In this document: positions 40,215 to 49,302 of the stretch, piece after piece | Layout: each line of letters begins with the position of its first letter | Numbering within the stretch: the first letter of the stretch is position 1 | Assembly: GCA_012514315.1 (NCBI GenBank) | Contig: JAAZAN010000096.1 | Span: 1,884 to 65,883, forward strand | DNA from: Chloroflexota bacterium | Lineage (GTDB): Bacteria; Chloroflexota; Anaerolineae; B4-G1 | Length of the DNA stretch: 64,000 nucleotides | Reading direction: 5' to 3' | Program-made: the position numbers and the translations under genes | The notes under the pieces: generated by a model | The model's database searches: none | Told to the model about the DNA's origin: nothing | The model's input: the letters and a program-made list of their open reading frames with translations, nothing else

Positions 40215-40801
40215 GCTGGTATAGCCTGGATGAGTATGGAGGGCTGGCGCCGTCGATCTCGGAGGTGCTCATCACTGAGAGTGAGCTGCACCAGAAAGTG
40301 CGCGAGATGGGCGCTGCAATCTCGCGCGATTACGCTGGACTGAACCCTCTGCTGGTGGGGGTTCTGAAGGGCGTCGTGGTCTTCCTGGCCGATCTGCAGC
40401 GGGCCATCACCATACCGATCGAGATGGACTGCATCGCGGTCTCGAAATACGGGCCCGGAGGAATGGGCGTTGTCCGGCTGATCAAGGATCTGGAAGCATC
40501 GATCACTGGGCGGCATGTGCTCTTTGTCGAGGATGTCGTGGATACCGGGCTGACACTGAACTATCTGTTACGGAACCTGCGCACCCGTGATCCAGCGAGC
40601 CTCGACGTCTGCGTGCTCTTCAACAAACCCCACCATCGTCTCATCGACATCCCAGTGAAGTACGCGGGATTTGACCTACCGGATCGCTTCGTGGTGGGAT
40701 ATGGGCTCGACTACCGTGAGCGATTCCGAAATCTGCCCTTCGTCGGGGTGCTGGCAGCTGAAACGCTGCAGAACCATCAGTCTGATACTGAATCAGTCTA
40801 G
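40211..40801 (+). CDS. hpt: Hypoxanthine(-guanine) phosphoribosyltransferase
   Basis: LLVGVLKGVVVFLADL and the PRPP loop VLFVEDVVDTGLTLNYL. Confidence 0.9.
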   Translation: MSWYSLDEYGGLAPSISEVLITESELHQKVREMGAAISRDYAGLNPLLVGVLKGVVVFLADLQRAITIPIEMDCIAVSKYGPGGMGVVRLIKDLEASITGRHVLFVEDVVDTGLTLNYLLRNLRTRDPASLDVCVLFNKPHHRLIDIPVKYAGFDLPDRFVVGYGLDYRERFRNLPFVGVLAAETLQNHQSDTESV

Positions 40802-40842
40802 CTGCCCGCTGCGCCAACGCGCGCGTCTGATGTACTTCACCA

Positions 40843-41208
40843 GGCAAGAAGAGCCCCCCGGCCATACAAACAGCCGGGGGGCTCTTTGGACGCACAAAAA
40901 GCGGGAGCCCCAAGTAACCTTCCGGCTCTTCTTCACTGAACCCTTTCGGGTCTCTCTCGATGCTCCGCTCCTTTGATCTTCCTTTGGCGGTCCCCCTTTC
41001 GAGTTTCCGCTTTTCGGTTGATCTTAGAAGCCTCATTACTCCGAGAGGTCTTCTGTCTCTGTTCTCCGAGTTTCCTATCTGACGATTTCTCGCCCTACTT
41101 TCCACTCTTTGAACTTGACTTCAGATCTGTGAAGCCACCATCCAATTCCTCGGGGCTTCCCTACCCTTTGGTCTGCCTTCCCCTTCGAGTTGGCTTTCCT
41201 TAGGGTGT
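40843..41208 (-). ncRNA. Candidate ~360-nt purine-rich, GGA-rich small RNA of unknown family
   Basis: Bounded by a consensus promoter (41213-41241) and the 40851-40884 hairpin. No ORF with a stop before the terminator. Repeated AACUCGrAr(G)GGGA modules occur in predicted loops. Confidence 0.5.
40851..40884. terminator. Bidirectional intrinsic-terminator-like hairpin
   Basis: GAGCCCCCCGGC (40851-40862), 10-nt loop, GCCGGGGGGCTC (40873-40884). Followed by TTTGG on the + strand and TCTTGCC on the - strand. Confidence 0.65.
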
Positions 41209-41212
41209 AGAT

Positions 41213-41241
41213 ACTATACCAGATAATGCGCCATGTGTCAA
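41213..41241 (-). promoter_or_regulatory. Near-consensus sigma-70 promoter driving the candidate sRNA
   Basis: Minus strand: TTGACA (41241-41236), 17-nt spacer, TATAGT (41218-41213). Confidence 0.65.
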
Positions 41242-41332
41242 TAGGCTAACCTTAAAATTCTGGGACTTCGGCGGTTCGATGTACGATCAGGCCCCGTCTA
41301 GGTCGGGTCACTTAGGCTGGTCCTCTCTGCGT

Positions 41333-41361
41333 TTGACGCCAGATAGCATCAGGGCCATACT
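41333..41361 (+). promoter_or_regulatory. Promoter candidate giving a leaderless sulfatase mRNA
   Basis: TTGACG (41333-41338), 17-nt spacer, CATACT (41356-41361). The ATG at 41368 lies 7 nt after the -10 element and has no Shine-Dalgarno. Confidence 0.5.
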
Positions 41362-41367
41362 AGCCCT

Positions 41368-42807
41368 ATGACAGATCAACTCAAGCAGCCGAACATCATA
41401 CTCATCATCACGGATCAACAGCGCTACGATACCGTGCGAGCGCTCGGTTTCCCATATGTGGACACTCCGAATCTGGATCGTCTGGCACGGGAGGGAGTAG
41501 CGTTCACTCAGTGTCACGTGACCGCGCCCTCGTGTGTGCCTTCGCGGTGCAGCCTGTTCACTGGCTACCACCCTCACACAACCGGTGTGCTCAAGAACGG
41601 GGATCGGTGGCAGCATTCGTGGGTGGAGAGGCTGGCCGCCGAAGGGTATACGTGCATCAACATCGGCAAGATGCATACCGTGCCGTTTGAGGCGAGCGCC
41701 GGGTTCCACGAGCGCTACATCGTTGAGAACAAGGATCGGTATCTGGAGGGACGATACTTCCTCGATGAGTGGGATAAGGCGATGCACGCACGCGGACTGG
41801 TCAAGCAGCAGCGGGAGCTATACCGCCAGTTGCCAGACTACGCCGAGCGACTTGGCGCGTTTGAGTGGGAGCTGCCGGAGGATCTCCACTCCGACGTCTT
41901 CGTCGGAGGGTTGGCGACCTGGTGGCTGGAGACCAAGCCTCGCCCAGACGGGCCCTTGTTTCTGCAGATCGGCTTCGCTGGACCGCATCCCCCTTATGAC
42001 CCTACGCCGCGCCATGCCGAACCATATCTGGACAGGGATCTGCCGCTGCCGACGTTCACGCCTGAGGAACTCGCCTCACAGCCCCCACCGCTCCAGGCGA
42101 TGCGGCGGCACAACGCGGAGGCCGATCACGACTCGATTGTGCATCTCCTCGACCCGTCTCGGACACAGCTTCATCGTCAGCGGGCCTACTACTTGGCGAA
42201 TATCACAATGATCGACGAACAGGTAGGTCGCATCCTGACCTCGCTCGATCGGAGCGGATACCTGGATGATGCGGTGGTCATATTCACTTCGGATCACGGC
42301 GACTGTCTCGGCGATCACGGGCACAGTCAGAAGTGGACCATGTATGACGCTGTAACTCGCGTGCCGCTGTTGATCTGGGCTCCCGGTCGTGCAGTGGCCG
42401 GACTCCATCGCGATGGGCTGTGCCAGATGATGGACATCGGGCCAACCATCCTCGAGTTGGCCGGGGTGGCACGGCCTGCGTCTATGGAGGCGCAATCGCT
42501 GGCGCCGGCGTTGACTGGCAGTGAGTGGGCGGGGCGTAACAGGGTTTTCTCCGAGCACGGGCGTGACGGCATCCTGCGTGAGGCGGAGTTTATGACAATG
42601 GTGCGCACCAGGGATTGGAAACTCGTTCACTTCCTCGATGCACCGTACGGGCAGTTGTTCGATCTGGCGAACGACCCGACTGAGACGCACAATCTGTGGG
42701 ATGAACCGCGGCATCGCGCTGAGAAGGATTGGCTCCTGGAGGAGTTGCGCGAATGGCGGATGCGAAGCGCATACCAAACTCGGAAGCTGTTCGAGCACTG
42801 CCGATAG
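41368..42807 (+). CDS. Cys-type (formylglycine) sulfatase, no signal peptide
   Basis: NIILIITDQQRYD and the CxPxR motif SCVPSRCSLFTG. Confidence 0.85.
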   Translation: MTDQLKQPNIILIITDQQRYDTVRALGFPYVDTPNLDRLAREGVAFTQCHVTAPSCVPSRCSLFTGYHPHTTGVLKNGDRWQHSWVERLAAEGYTCINIGKMHTVPFEASAGFHERYIVENKDRYLEGRYFLDEWDKAMHARGLVKQQRELYRQLPDYAERLGAFEWELPEDLHSDVFVGGLATWWLETKPRPDGPLFLQIGFAGPHPPYDPTPRHAEPYLDRDLPLPTFTPEELASQPPPLQAMRRHNAEADHDSIVHLLDPSRTQLHRQRAYYLANITMIDEQVGRILTSLDRSGYLDDAVVIFTSDHGDCLGDHGHSQKWTMYDAVTRVPLLIWAPGRAVAGLHRDGLCQMMDIGPTILELAGVARPASMEAQSLAPALTGSEWAGRNRVFSEHGRDGILREAEFMTMVRTRDWKLVHFLDAPYGQLFDLANDPTETHNLWDEPRHRAEKDWLLEELREWRMRSAYQTRKLFEHCR

Positions 42808-42839
42808 ATGAGGGCCAATTGCTGCCGGAGGGTAGATCT

Positions 42840-44252
42840 ATGTCCAGACTCACCGATGTCCGGGTAACCGCTGCTGCGCTCTACTTCCTTCCTGTCGAGA
42901 CTCGAGTACCACTCAAGTTCGGGCGGGAGATCGCTACGTACGTGACATGCGCCCGCGCGTGTCTACGGGTGCGTGATGCGCGAGGCCGCACCGCGGTTGG
43001 GTGGGGCGAGACGCCGCTGAGCGTCCAATGGGTCTGGCCTAGTACAATGCCCTACGAGGATCGTCACGAGGCGCTCAAGCATCTCTGCGTGCAGTTGGCT
43101 GAGTCGTGGTCCGACTATGACAGAAGAGGGCATCCGATCGAGATCGGACACGCGTTCGTCAGAGAGGTTCTACCAGAGTGTTTGGAAATGCTGAACACCG
43201 GTACACCGCCCGGGAGCGAACCGGTCCCGGGGCTTGCTGGGCTTGTCTGCTGCTCAGCGTTTGACATCGCGCTTCACGACGCATACGGCGCATTGCACGC
43301 GGCTCCAGTCTACCAGACGTATGGCCCGGACTACATGACTGCTGATCTCTCCCAACTGATCACGCCGGCAGATGATGTCGACATCGACTTCGCGCACAGG
43401 TTCCCGGAGTCTTTCACCATACAGCAACCGCCTACCAGCGTAGTTGCGTGGCATCTCGTGGGCGGGTTGGATCCACTCGACGAGGATGATCTGCAGGGCA
43501 ACGAACCGGATGACGGCTACCCGGTCACGCTCAGAGAGTGGATCGCCCGCGATGGATTGAAGTGTCTCAAGGTGAAGCTGCTGGGAACAGATAGCGAGTG
43601 GGACACCAGGCGACTGGTTGACGTGGGGAAGCTCGCTATTGAAGGCAACGTGGACTGGTTGACCAGTGACTTCAATTGCACGGTGAGCGACCCGCGTTAT
43701 GTTGTCGAGATACTGGATCGCTTGCTGCTCGATCATCCCCGAATCTACGGCATGCTCTTGTATGTCGAGCAACCATTTCCCTATGACCTCGAAGCCCACC
43801 GCATCGACGTGCACAGCATCTCGGCGCGCAAGCCGTTGTTCATGGACGAGAGCGCTCACGACTGGAGGATGGTGCGTCTGGGCCGTGAGCTTGGCTGGAC
43901 AGGAGTTGCGCTCAAGACGTGCAAGACACAGACTGGAGCGCTACTGTCGATGTGCTGGGCGAAGGCCCACGGGATGACGCTGATGGTGCAGGACCTGACG
44001 AACCCGATGCTGGCGCAGATTCCACACGTGTTGCTCGCGGCCCACGCCGGGACGATCATGGGCGTGGAGACGAACGCGATGCAATTCTACCCGGAGGCAT
44101 CGCGGCCCGAGTCGCTGGTTCATCCGGGGCTGTACCGACGGCAGAACGGCGCCGTCGACCTGTCCACCCTATCCGGCCCGGGATTCGGCTACAGATTGGG
44201 CGAGATCGAGCGCGATCTGCCAGAACCCGTGGCCGCCTTCGGGGATTGGTGA
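42840..44252 (+). CDS. Enolase-superfamily enzyme (mandelate racemase/acid-sugar dehydratase-like)
   Basis: ATG at 42840 after GGAGGG. KxK motif LKVKLLG. Candidate metal ligands SDFN, YVEQPF, FMDESAH. The track ORF's earlier start overlaps the sulfatase gene. Confidence 0.7.
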   Translation: MSRLTDVRVTAAALYFLPVETRVPLKFGREIATYVTCARACLRVRDARGRTAVGWGETPLSVQWVWPSTMPYEDRHEALKHLCVQLAESWSDYDRRGHPIEIGHAFVREVLPECLEMLNTGTPPGSEPVPGLAGLVCCSAFDIALHDAYGALHAAPVYQTYGPDYMTADLSQLITPADDVDIDFAHRFPESFTIQQPPTSVVAWHLVGGLDPLDEDDLQGNEPDDGYPVTLREWIARDGLKCLKVKLLGTDSEWDTRRLVDVGKLAIEGNVDWLTSDFNCTVSDPRYVVEILDRLLLDHPRIYGMLLYVEQPFPYDLEAHRIDVHSISARKPLFMDESAHDWRMVRLGRELGWTGVALKTCKTQTGALLSMCWAKAHGMTLMVQDLTNPMLAQIPHVLLAAHAGTIMGVETNAMQFYPEASRPESLVHPGLYRRQNGAVDLSTLSGPGFGYRLGEIERDLPEPVAAFGDW

Positions 44253-44287
44253 ATCCGTACAGGCCAGAGGCGCCTCGCCGCCGCGGT

Positions 44288-45337
44288 TTACTTGCACACC
44301 TGGCAGACGAGTCCGGTACGGGCCGAGTTGTAGAGCGCTTCGATGATGGCCACGGCCTTGCGTGCGTCAATGCCCGTAACGGCGGGGCGACGGTTGTGGA
44401 TCACCACTTCGGCGAAGTCAGCGATCTGTCGCTCGTGGCCCACGTGTGAGATGGCCATAGGGTCGGCCGATGCGTCGCCTCCTGCAGCCGTGCTGAAGCG
44501 CCGGTGCATGGCCTCTTGTTCCGCCTTCGCGATCTGCAGGCCCTGCCACGAGACGATCTTGTCATCCTCCAAGATCGCGCCGCCCTGGTCGCCATGGACT
44601 TCGAGTCGCTTGGCGTACCCCGGGTAGGCCGAGGTCATCGCCTCGATCACTCCAAGCGCTCCGTTAGCAAAGCGCAAGACGGCAACTGCCGTATCCTCAA
44701 CTTCCAGCCCATGATGGGCTAAACAGTCGGCGAAGGCGAATATCGATTCGACCTGGCCCATCATCCATTGAAGCAGGTCAACCTGGTGGATGGCCTGGTT
44801 CATGACCGCGCCACCGCCGTCGAGCCGCCACGTACCGCGCCAGTCGGCCTGGTCGTAGTACTCCTGTGACCGCCACCAGTCAACGTACGCTGCGCCGTGG
44901 ACCAGGCGTCCGAAACGGCCTGAGGCGACCGCCTCGTGTGTGAGGATGTTGCCGTCATAGAACCGGCTTTGAAAGACGCCGCCCAGATGGACTCCTGACC
45001 GCTCACAGGCCTCGATCATCGCGTCGCAACGCTCCAAGGTAACCTCGAGGGGCTTCTCGACCAGCACGTGTTTTCCCGCCGCAGCCGCGGCTAGCGCTGG
45101 CTCGAGGTGAGCGCCGCTCGCTGTGCAGATGTCGATAACATCGATATCATCGCGCAACACGAGTTCCTCGTACGAACCAGCCCACTCGCACCCGCAATCG
45201 GACGCGATCGCCTGTCCCCGGACGGGGTCTCGACTCGCGACGGCGACAAGCCTGGCCTGAGGGACCCGGAGGATGGCATCAATGTGGACTGCCGCGATCG
45301 CGCCAAGCCCAACTACCCCAAATGCTACTTGAGTCAT
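44288..45337 (-). CDS. Gfo/Idh/MocA family NAD(P)-dependent oxidoreductase
   Basis: FGVVGLGAIAAVHIDA Rossmann N-terminus, EKPL motif (VLVEKPLEV), C-terminal alpha/beta domain. Confidence 0.85.
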   Translation of the reverse strand: MTQVAFGVVGLGAIAAVHIDAILRVPQARLVAVASRDPVRGQAIASDCGCEWAGSYEELVLRDDIDVIDICTASGAHLEPALAAAAAGKHVLVEKPLEVTLERCDAMIEACERSGVHLGGVFQSRFYDGNILTHEAVASGRFGRLVHGAAYVDWWRSQEYYDQADWRGTWRLDGGGAVMNQAIHQVDLLQWMMGQVESIFAFADCLAHHGLEVEDTAVAVLRFANGALGVIEAMTSAYPGYAKRLEVHGDQGGAILEDDKIVSWQGLQIAKAEQEAMHRRFSTAAGGDASADPMAISHVGHERQIADFAEVVIHNRRPAVTGIDARKAVAIIEALYNSARTGLVCQVCK

Positions 45338-45456
45338 GGATCAACCTCCTCTCCCAGGGAACCACCGCGAGCCCCATCGGACTCGAGGATGGACTGACTC
45401 GACCGGTGGAGGGCCGGCCAGCAATCCGACGGGACCCGCGGCGTCGGGGCGCCACC

Positions 45457-45484
45457 ATGATAGGCCGGTCCGGCGGAACGTCAA
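45457..45484 (-). promoter_or_regulatory. Promoter candidate for the Gfo/Idh/MocA gene
   Basis: Minus strand: TTGACG (45484-45479), 16-nt spacer, TATCAT (45462-45457). Confidence 0.4.
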
Positions 45485-45554
45485 GTTGGGCTGGGGGGAC
45501 ACATCGAGCGTGCCGTTGTGTGCCAAAGCCTCTCCCCTGGGCCTGTCTGCCGGC

Positions 45555-47390
45555 CTAAAGGTACCCCAGGCTCCTCAGCCTGTCCTCCAGGGCGTCTTCG
45601 TCTTCCTCACTCCCCTGCACCGGTGGCTGTACACGACGGCCAGGCGGCAACTCTGCACCGATTGCTAGCACGGGGAAGTCCCGATAGGAGGGGTGGGGGA
45701 AGCCACCTAGATCCCGGTTGGCGAAGAGCACCCCGGGCACATGCTCCGAGTCAATGCAATGGTCCGCTCCCCAGTGGTCTGTATTGGCCTCAATCTCGGC
45801 ATCCGGCCATCGCCCCAAACCGGTCTCCGCCGAAGCCCGGTAGCCGGGCGAGAATCCCACGACCAGATCTGGGCCGTAGACCGCCAACGGGCCCTCAAAG
45901 GCCTGGTCTCGCGTCAGCACCCTCTCCACCACCCGGCGGCCATCGGGCCCACGCCAGCGCAGCAGGTCGGTTTGAACGGACTCCATTACCTGTGAGCTCT
46001 CTGCGGCGTCTACGCTGCCCTGTCCCTCGCGCTCGATCAGGTTCAAGTAAATGCTATTGAGGCCGACCGCATAGGCCTGGCTGCGGCGCCAGTCCACATC
46101 GCGTAGCCCTCCCTGGCGTGGGCTTCCGGCCGGCGCTAGATAGCTGTGCGCGATCAGCCAGCGATTCACGTGCGCCTTGTAGTCAAATCTTGAGAAGCCG
46201 TGATCAGATACGACCAGGAAACGCGTGTCTTCGCGTGCATCCAGTTGCTGGCCTAACCTGCCCACCAGGCCATCCAGCCGGCAATACCACTCATCCACGA
46301 TATCCGGTCGGTCTCGCCAGAACATATGCTGCACCCGATCGAGCGAATCAAAGACGCAGGCGAGAAGCCCTTCCTGAAACTGGCTGATCTGGTGAGTCAG
46401 CACACGTTCCCGTTCTGCATCGATCAGTTCGCAAAGGGTAAGGAATTGATCGTCCGTGAGACAACCGTCCTCAAGACCGGTAGTGTCCTGCGGCATTCCC
46501 AGTGTCAGGAAGGGGCCACACGAACCCCAGAGCGCTCGCACCTGTCCACGCGGAGTCGCGTAGCGCCACGGCGTACTCAGGGGATGGATCTGTGTCGGCA
46601 GGGCGTAGAGTCGAACCCCCTGCTCCACCTGACTTAGCAGGAACCGGGTGAGAGCGCGGAATCTGAACGGCCACCCCATGCTGAACTCCAGTTCCACAAT
46701 CGGGCTCCACCGGCCCACCGTCAGCTCGACCTGCCTCTTGCCCAGATTCAGACGAGCCATCTCTCCGTCGAACACTTCTAGCTCCAGACGGATCTCAGAC
46801 GACTTCGTCCCTTTGCGCGTCTGCCGGCTCGGGCCTTCCAGAGCGCCGGCGTATCGCCGCGATGAGAGCGCAGAGAGCGGCTTAACCGGCGTCTTCATGC
46901 CGGTCTGGTCGACGGCCTCAGGGTCGGACGTGTAAAGGGTACCCACGCCAAGGCGGCCATGGATGTCGGGGGCGCCGAGTCCGGGCAGCGTGGCTACTGG
47001 CAGCTCAGGGCGCGCCGGGAAGGTTGCCGGCCACCACAACGCAGTGGCGGGAAACCCCTGGCGAGCAGCCTCCTCGAAGATCGTGCACGCGCGATGGGGC
47101 GGCACGAACTGCGTTCCAGCCACACCGCGGCGGGTTGGCAACAGAGAGACGTATGGCGTATAGGTGGAGGGATCACGATGCACGAAGTCGAAGATACCGT
47201 GGCGGCCCGGATTGAGTCCAGTCGCGATGCTGGTCCAGGAAACCTCAGTCTGCGGCGGGTCGGACACTTTGAACCGGGCGTAGCCGCCCGAGGCGGCGAG
47301 CGTTGCCAGATGGGGCAACCGTCCTTGGCCAGCCAGCTCCTCGAACTTCACTGGGTCAAACGCGTCAAAGCCGAGTATCAGAGTCCGCAT
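45555..47390 (-). CDS. Alkaline-phosphatase superfamily protein, nucleotide pyrophosphatase/phosphodiesterase (NPP)-like
   Basis: LILGFDAFDP and PPQTEVSWTSIATGLNPGRHG fit the NPP pattern P..T.....S..TG..P..HG. Later LVVSDHG. Confidence 0.7.
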   Translation of the reverse strand: MRTLILGFDAFDPVKFEELAGQGRLPHLATLAASGGYARFKVSDPPQTEVSWTSIATGLNPGRHGIFDFVHRDPSTYTPYVSLLPTRRGVAGTQFVPPHRACTIFEEAARQGFPATALWWPATFPARPELPVATLPGLGAPDIHGRLGVGTLYTSDPEAVDQTGMKTPVKPLSALSSRRYAGALEGPSRQTRKGTKSSEIRLELEVFDGEMARLNLGKRQVELTVGRWSPIVELEFSMGWPFRFRALTRFLLSQVEQGVRLYALPTQIHPLSTPWRYATPRGQVRALWGSCGPFLTLGMPQDTTGLEDGCLTDDQFLTLCELIDAERERVLTHQISQFQEGLLACVFDSLDRVQHMFWRDRPDIVDEWYCRLDGLVGRLGQQLDAREDTRFLVVSDHGFSRFDYKAHVNRWLIAHSYLAPAGSPRQGGLRDVDWRRSQAYAVGLNSIYLNLIEREGQGSVDAAESSQVMESVQTDLLRWRGPDGRRVVERVLTRDQAFEGPLAVYGPDLVVGFSPGYRASAETGLGRWPDAEIEANTDHWGADHCIDSEHVPGVLFANRDLGGFPHPSYRDFPVLAIGAELPPGRRVQPPVQGSEEDEDALEDRLRSLGYL

Positions 47391-47432
47391 CGTTTCTCCA
47401 TTCGGACGGGCAGATCCGGCCGAACCGACGTG

Positions 47433-47726
47433 TTACTGCCCGTCTGACACACCAATCTCGTCGTCCGTAGTCCCAGGATCGACCTGAGGCGACGACGCAG
47501 CGTCCTGATGGCGAAGCCCCCTTAACTTGCGCGCGATTCGGGCAACTGCCGTGCGAATCTGACGTGAGAAGATGAGGGCGAAGCCCGAGATAACGCCGAA
47601 GGCAGTTGCCAGAATCTGAAATAGCAGGCCGCCTGTATTGGGGTCGATGTAGGCCAGCGCGGGTCGCGCCGCGACCAGTGCGAACAGCAGCCCCAGGACA
47701 AGCGACTTGACGACGGTCTTGGTCAC
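47433..47726 (-). CDS. Small membrane protein (signal/TM, YIDPNTGG motif, second TM, basic tail)
   Basis: GTG start with GGAGGAGG 6 nt upstream; 97 aa. Confidence 0.55.
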   Translation of the reverse strand: MTKTVVKSLVLGLLFALVAARPALAYIDPNTGGLLFQILATAFGVISGFALIFSRQIRTAVARIARKLRGLRHQDAASSPQVDPGTTDDEIGVSDGQ

Positions 47727-47763
47727 GCTCTACCTCCTCCGAGCTCAAGGGCTCGCTGCAGTC

Positions 47764-49302
47764 TCATTGTTCGGACAGCGCCACAGTCGCCTGATTCACC
47801 CGGTACTCCAGCTCAGACCGGAGCGTCTCGGCCACCGGGTCGGAGGGCGAATACTGGTTGTGTCGCTCGCCCGGATCATCCGTCAGATCATAGAGCTCCC
47901 AGGAATCTGGACACTCCGGGTATCCTAGGTAATGAATCAACTTGCGTGATCCATTGATCAGCGCGATGCTGGCCTTGGTGAGGGGCGCCATCTTGGGATT
48001 GCTCTTGGCCTCCACGACGAAGAGACTCCTGTCACCCGCGTTGGTCTCGGGACCGAACGAGGGCAATACCCGGCCCTCACACCAGTCGGGGGCCTCCTGA
48101 CCGCTTGCCTGCAACAGAGTCGGGAGCAGGTCAACCGAGCTGGTTGGGGTGTGGATGTCCCTGCGTCGTCGTTGCCCGGGTCGCGATATGATGAGCGGCA
48201 CCCGGATCAGCGAATCGTACAACGCCGGGGTCATATGTCCGGCGATGCCACGCTCGAACAGCTCGCCGTGATCCGATGTCACGATGAGCATTGTGTTATC
48301 CAGCGCCCCGGTACGCGACATCGTATCGATCAAACGTCCGAACTCCGCGTCCACGTACGCCACATACTCATCGTACTCCACGCGCTTTCGGTTGAGCGTC
48401 TCTTGCGTGTGGCCGCCTGAGAAGGCTCCCGGCGGCAGGGGCTCCGGCGCCCACCCATCGTCGAACAGACCGACAAACTCCCGGCGCGCTGTGTAGGGCT
48501 CGTGCGGTGGCAGCAAATGGTAATAGGCCAGGTATGGCTGTGGGGACTGGGCCGTGCTCTCCAGGATATAGTCGATGGCCTCCTCCAGAATGAAGTAGAG
48601 GTTGTGCATCGTCGGTAGGCCTCGTGGGAAGCTCGCCCTGTGCTCAGCCTCCAGCACCGCCTGACGTCGCGGCCGCCGCACCCTGTCCAGGAGTGATATG
48701 AACAGCGAGACTGGCGGCGAGTAACCCTTGCGCATAAGGATCCACTCGCTCCAGAAGGCCACATTGTAGTCGTGCGGGAACAGGCGATCAGCCAGCTCGT
48801 CATCGCTCAGGCATAGCTCGCGCGCAGGAATCAGTAGGTCAAGATGGCGCCGGGCCTGATACATCAGCGATGTGACGAAGAGATTGTGCGAGAAGCCCAC
48901 ACGGTGATAGCCAGCAGGGCCAAAGGCGCTGAACAGGTTGCGATCCTCGTATGGATGTGCGACGGTTCCGTGCAGGTTGAGGGCTCGGTGAGTCCAGGGG
49001 TAGACGCCGGTGAAGAGCGATGCTACCCCGGGCGTTGTATAGCTGCCCGCGCTGTAGTGGGCGTGAAACACCGTTGCCTGTTCCGCAAAGCGGTCCAGGT
49101 TGGGCGTAGTGCGACGGGGATATCCGTGCAGTGACAGATGCTTGGCTGAGAGAGCGTCGAACACGAGTATGAGGATGTTGGGCGCTGAGATCGACGTACC
49201 ACGCCTGAGCGGGTCGTTGCTCAGTGACTCTCCAGCCATCGGGAGGAACGGAAGCCCCGCCAGGAGCCGCGTGAACTCGCGCCGACTGATACGGTATCCC
49301 AT
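47764..49302 (-). CDS. Sulfatase-like hydrolase/transferase with Thr in place of the formylglycine Cys, Tat-type signal
   Basis: SRREFTRLLAG signal. ILILVFDALSAKH. YTTPGVASLFTG versus the canonical C-x-P-x-R. TSDHGE. Confidence 0.7.
   Translation of the reverse strand: MGYRISRREFTRLLAGLPFLPMAGESLSNDPLRRGTSISAPNILILVFDALSAKHLSLHGYPRRTTPNLDRFAEQATVFHAHYSAGSYTTPGVASLFTGVYPWTHRALNLHGTVAHPYEDRNLFSAFGPAGYHRVGFSHNLFVTSLMYQARRHLDLLIPARELCLSDDELADRLFPHDYNVAFWSEWILMRKGYSPPVSLFISLLDRVRRPRRQAVLEAEHRASFPRGLPTMHNLYFILEEAIDYILESTAQSPQPYLAYYHLLPPHEPYTARREFVGLFDDGWAPEPLPPGAFSGGHTQETLNRKRVEYDEYVAYVDAEFGRLIDTMSRTGALDNTMLIVTSDHGELFERGIAGHMTPALYDSLIRVPLIISRPGQRRRRDIHTPTSSVDLLPTLLQASGQEAPDWCEGRVLPSFGPETNAGDRSLFVVEAKSNPKMAPLTKASIALINGSRKLIHYLGYPECPDSWELYDLTDDPGERHNQYSPSDPVAETLRSELEYRVNQATVALSEQ

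Noticed and set aside
40641-41105. 154-aa K/R/E-rich minus-strand ORF in the hpt-sulfatase spacer
   Set aside because: It stays open only because the region is purine-rich. It has no stop before the strong terminator hairpin and continues antisense into hpt. I interpret it as part of a non-coding transcript instead.
41262-41300. GGTTCGAT string resembling a tRNA T-loop
   Set aside because: There is no complementary T-stem, acceptor stem or anticodon arm around it, so it is not a tRNA.
42729-42839. Earlier start for the enolase-superfamily gene
   Set aside because: It would overlap the sulfatase C-terminus by 79 nt. GGAGGG precedes the ATG at 42840, where the enolase N-terminal domain begins.
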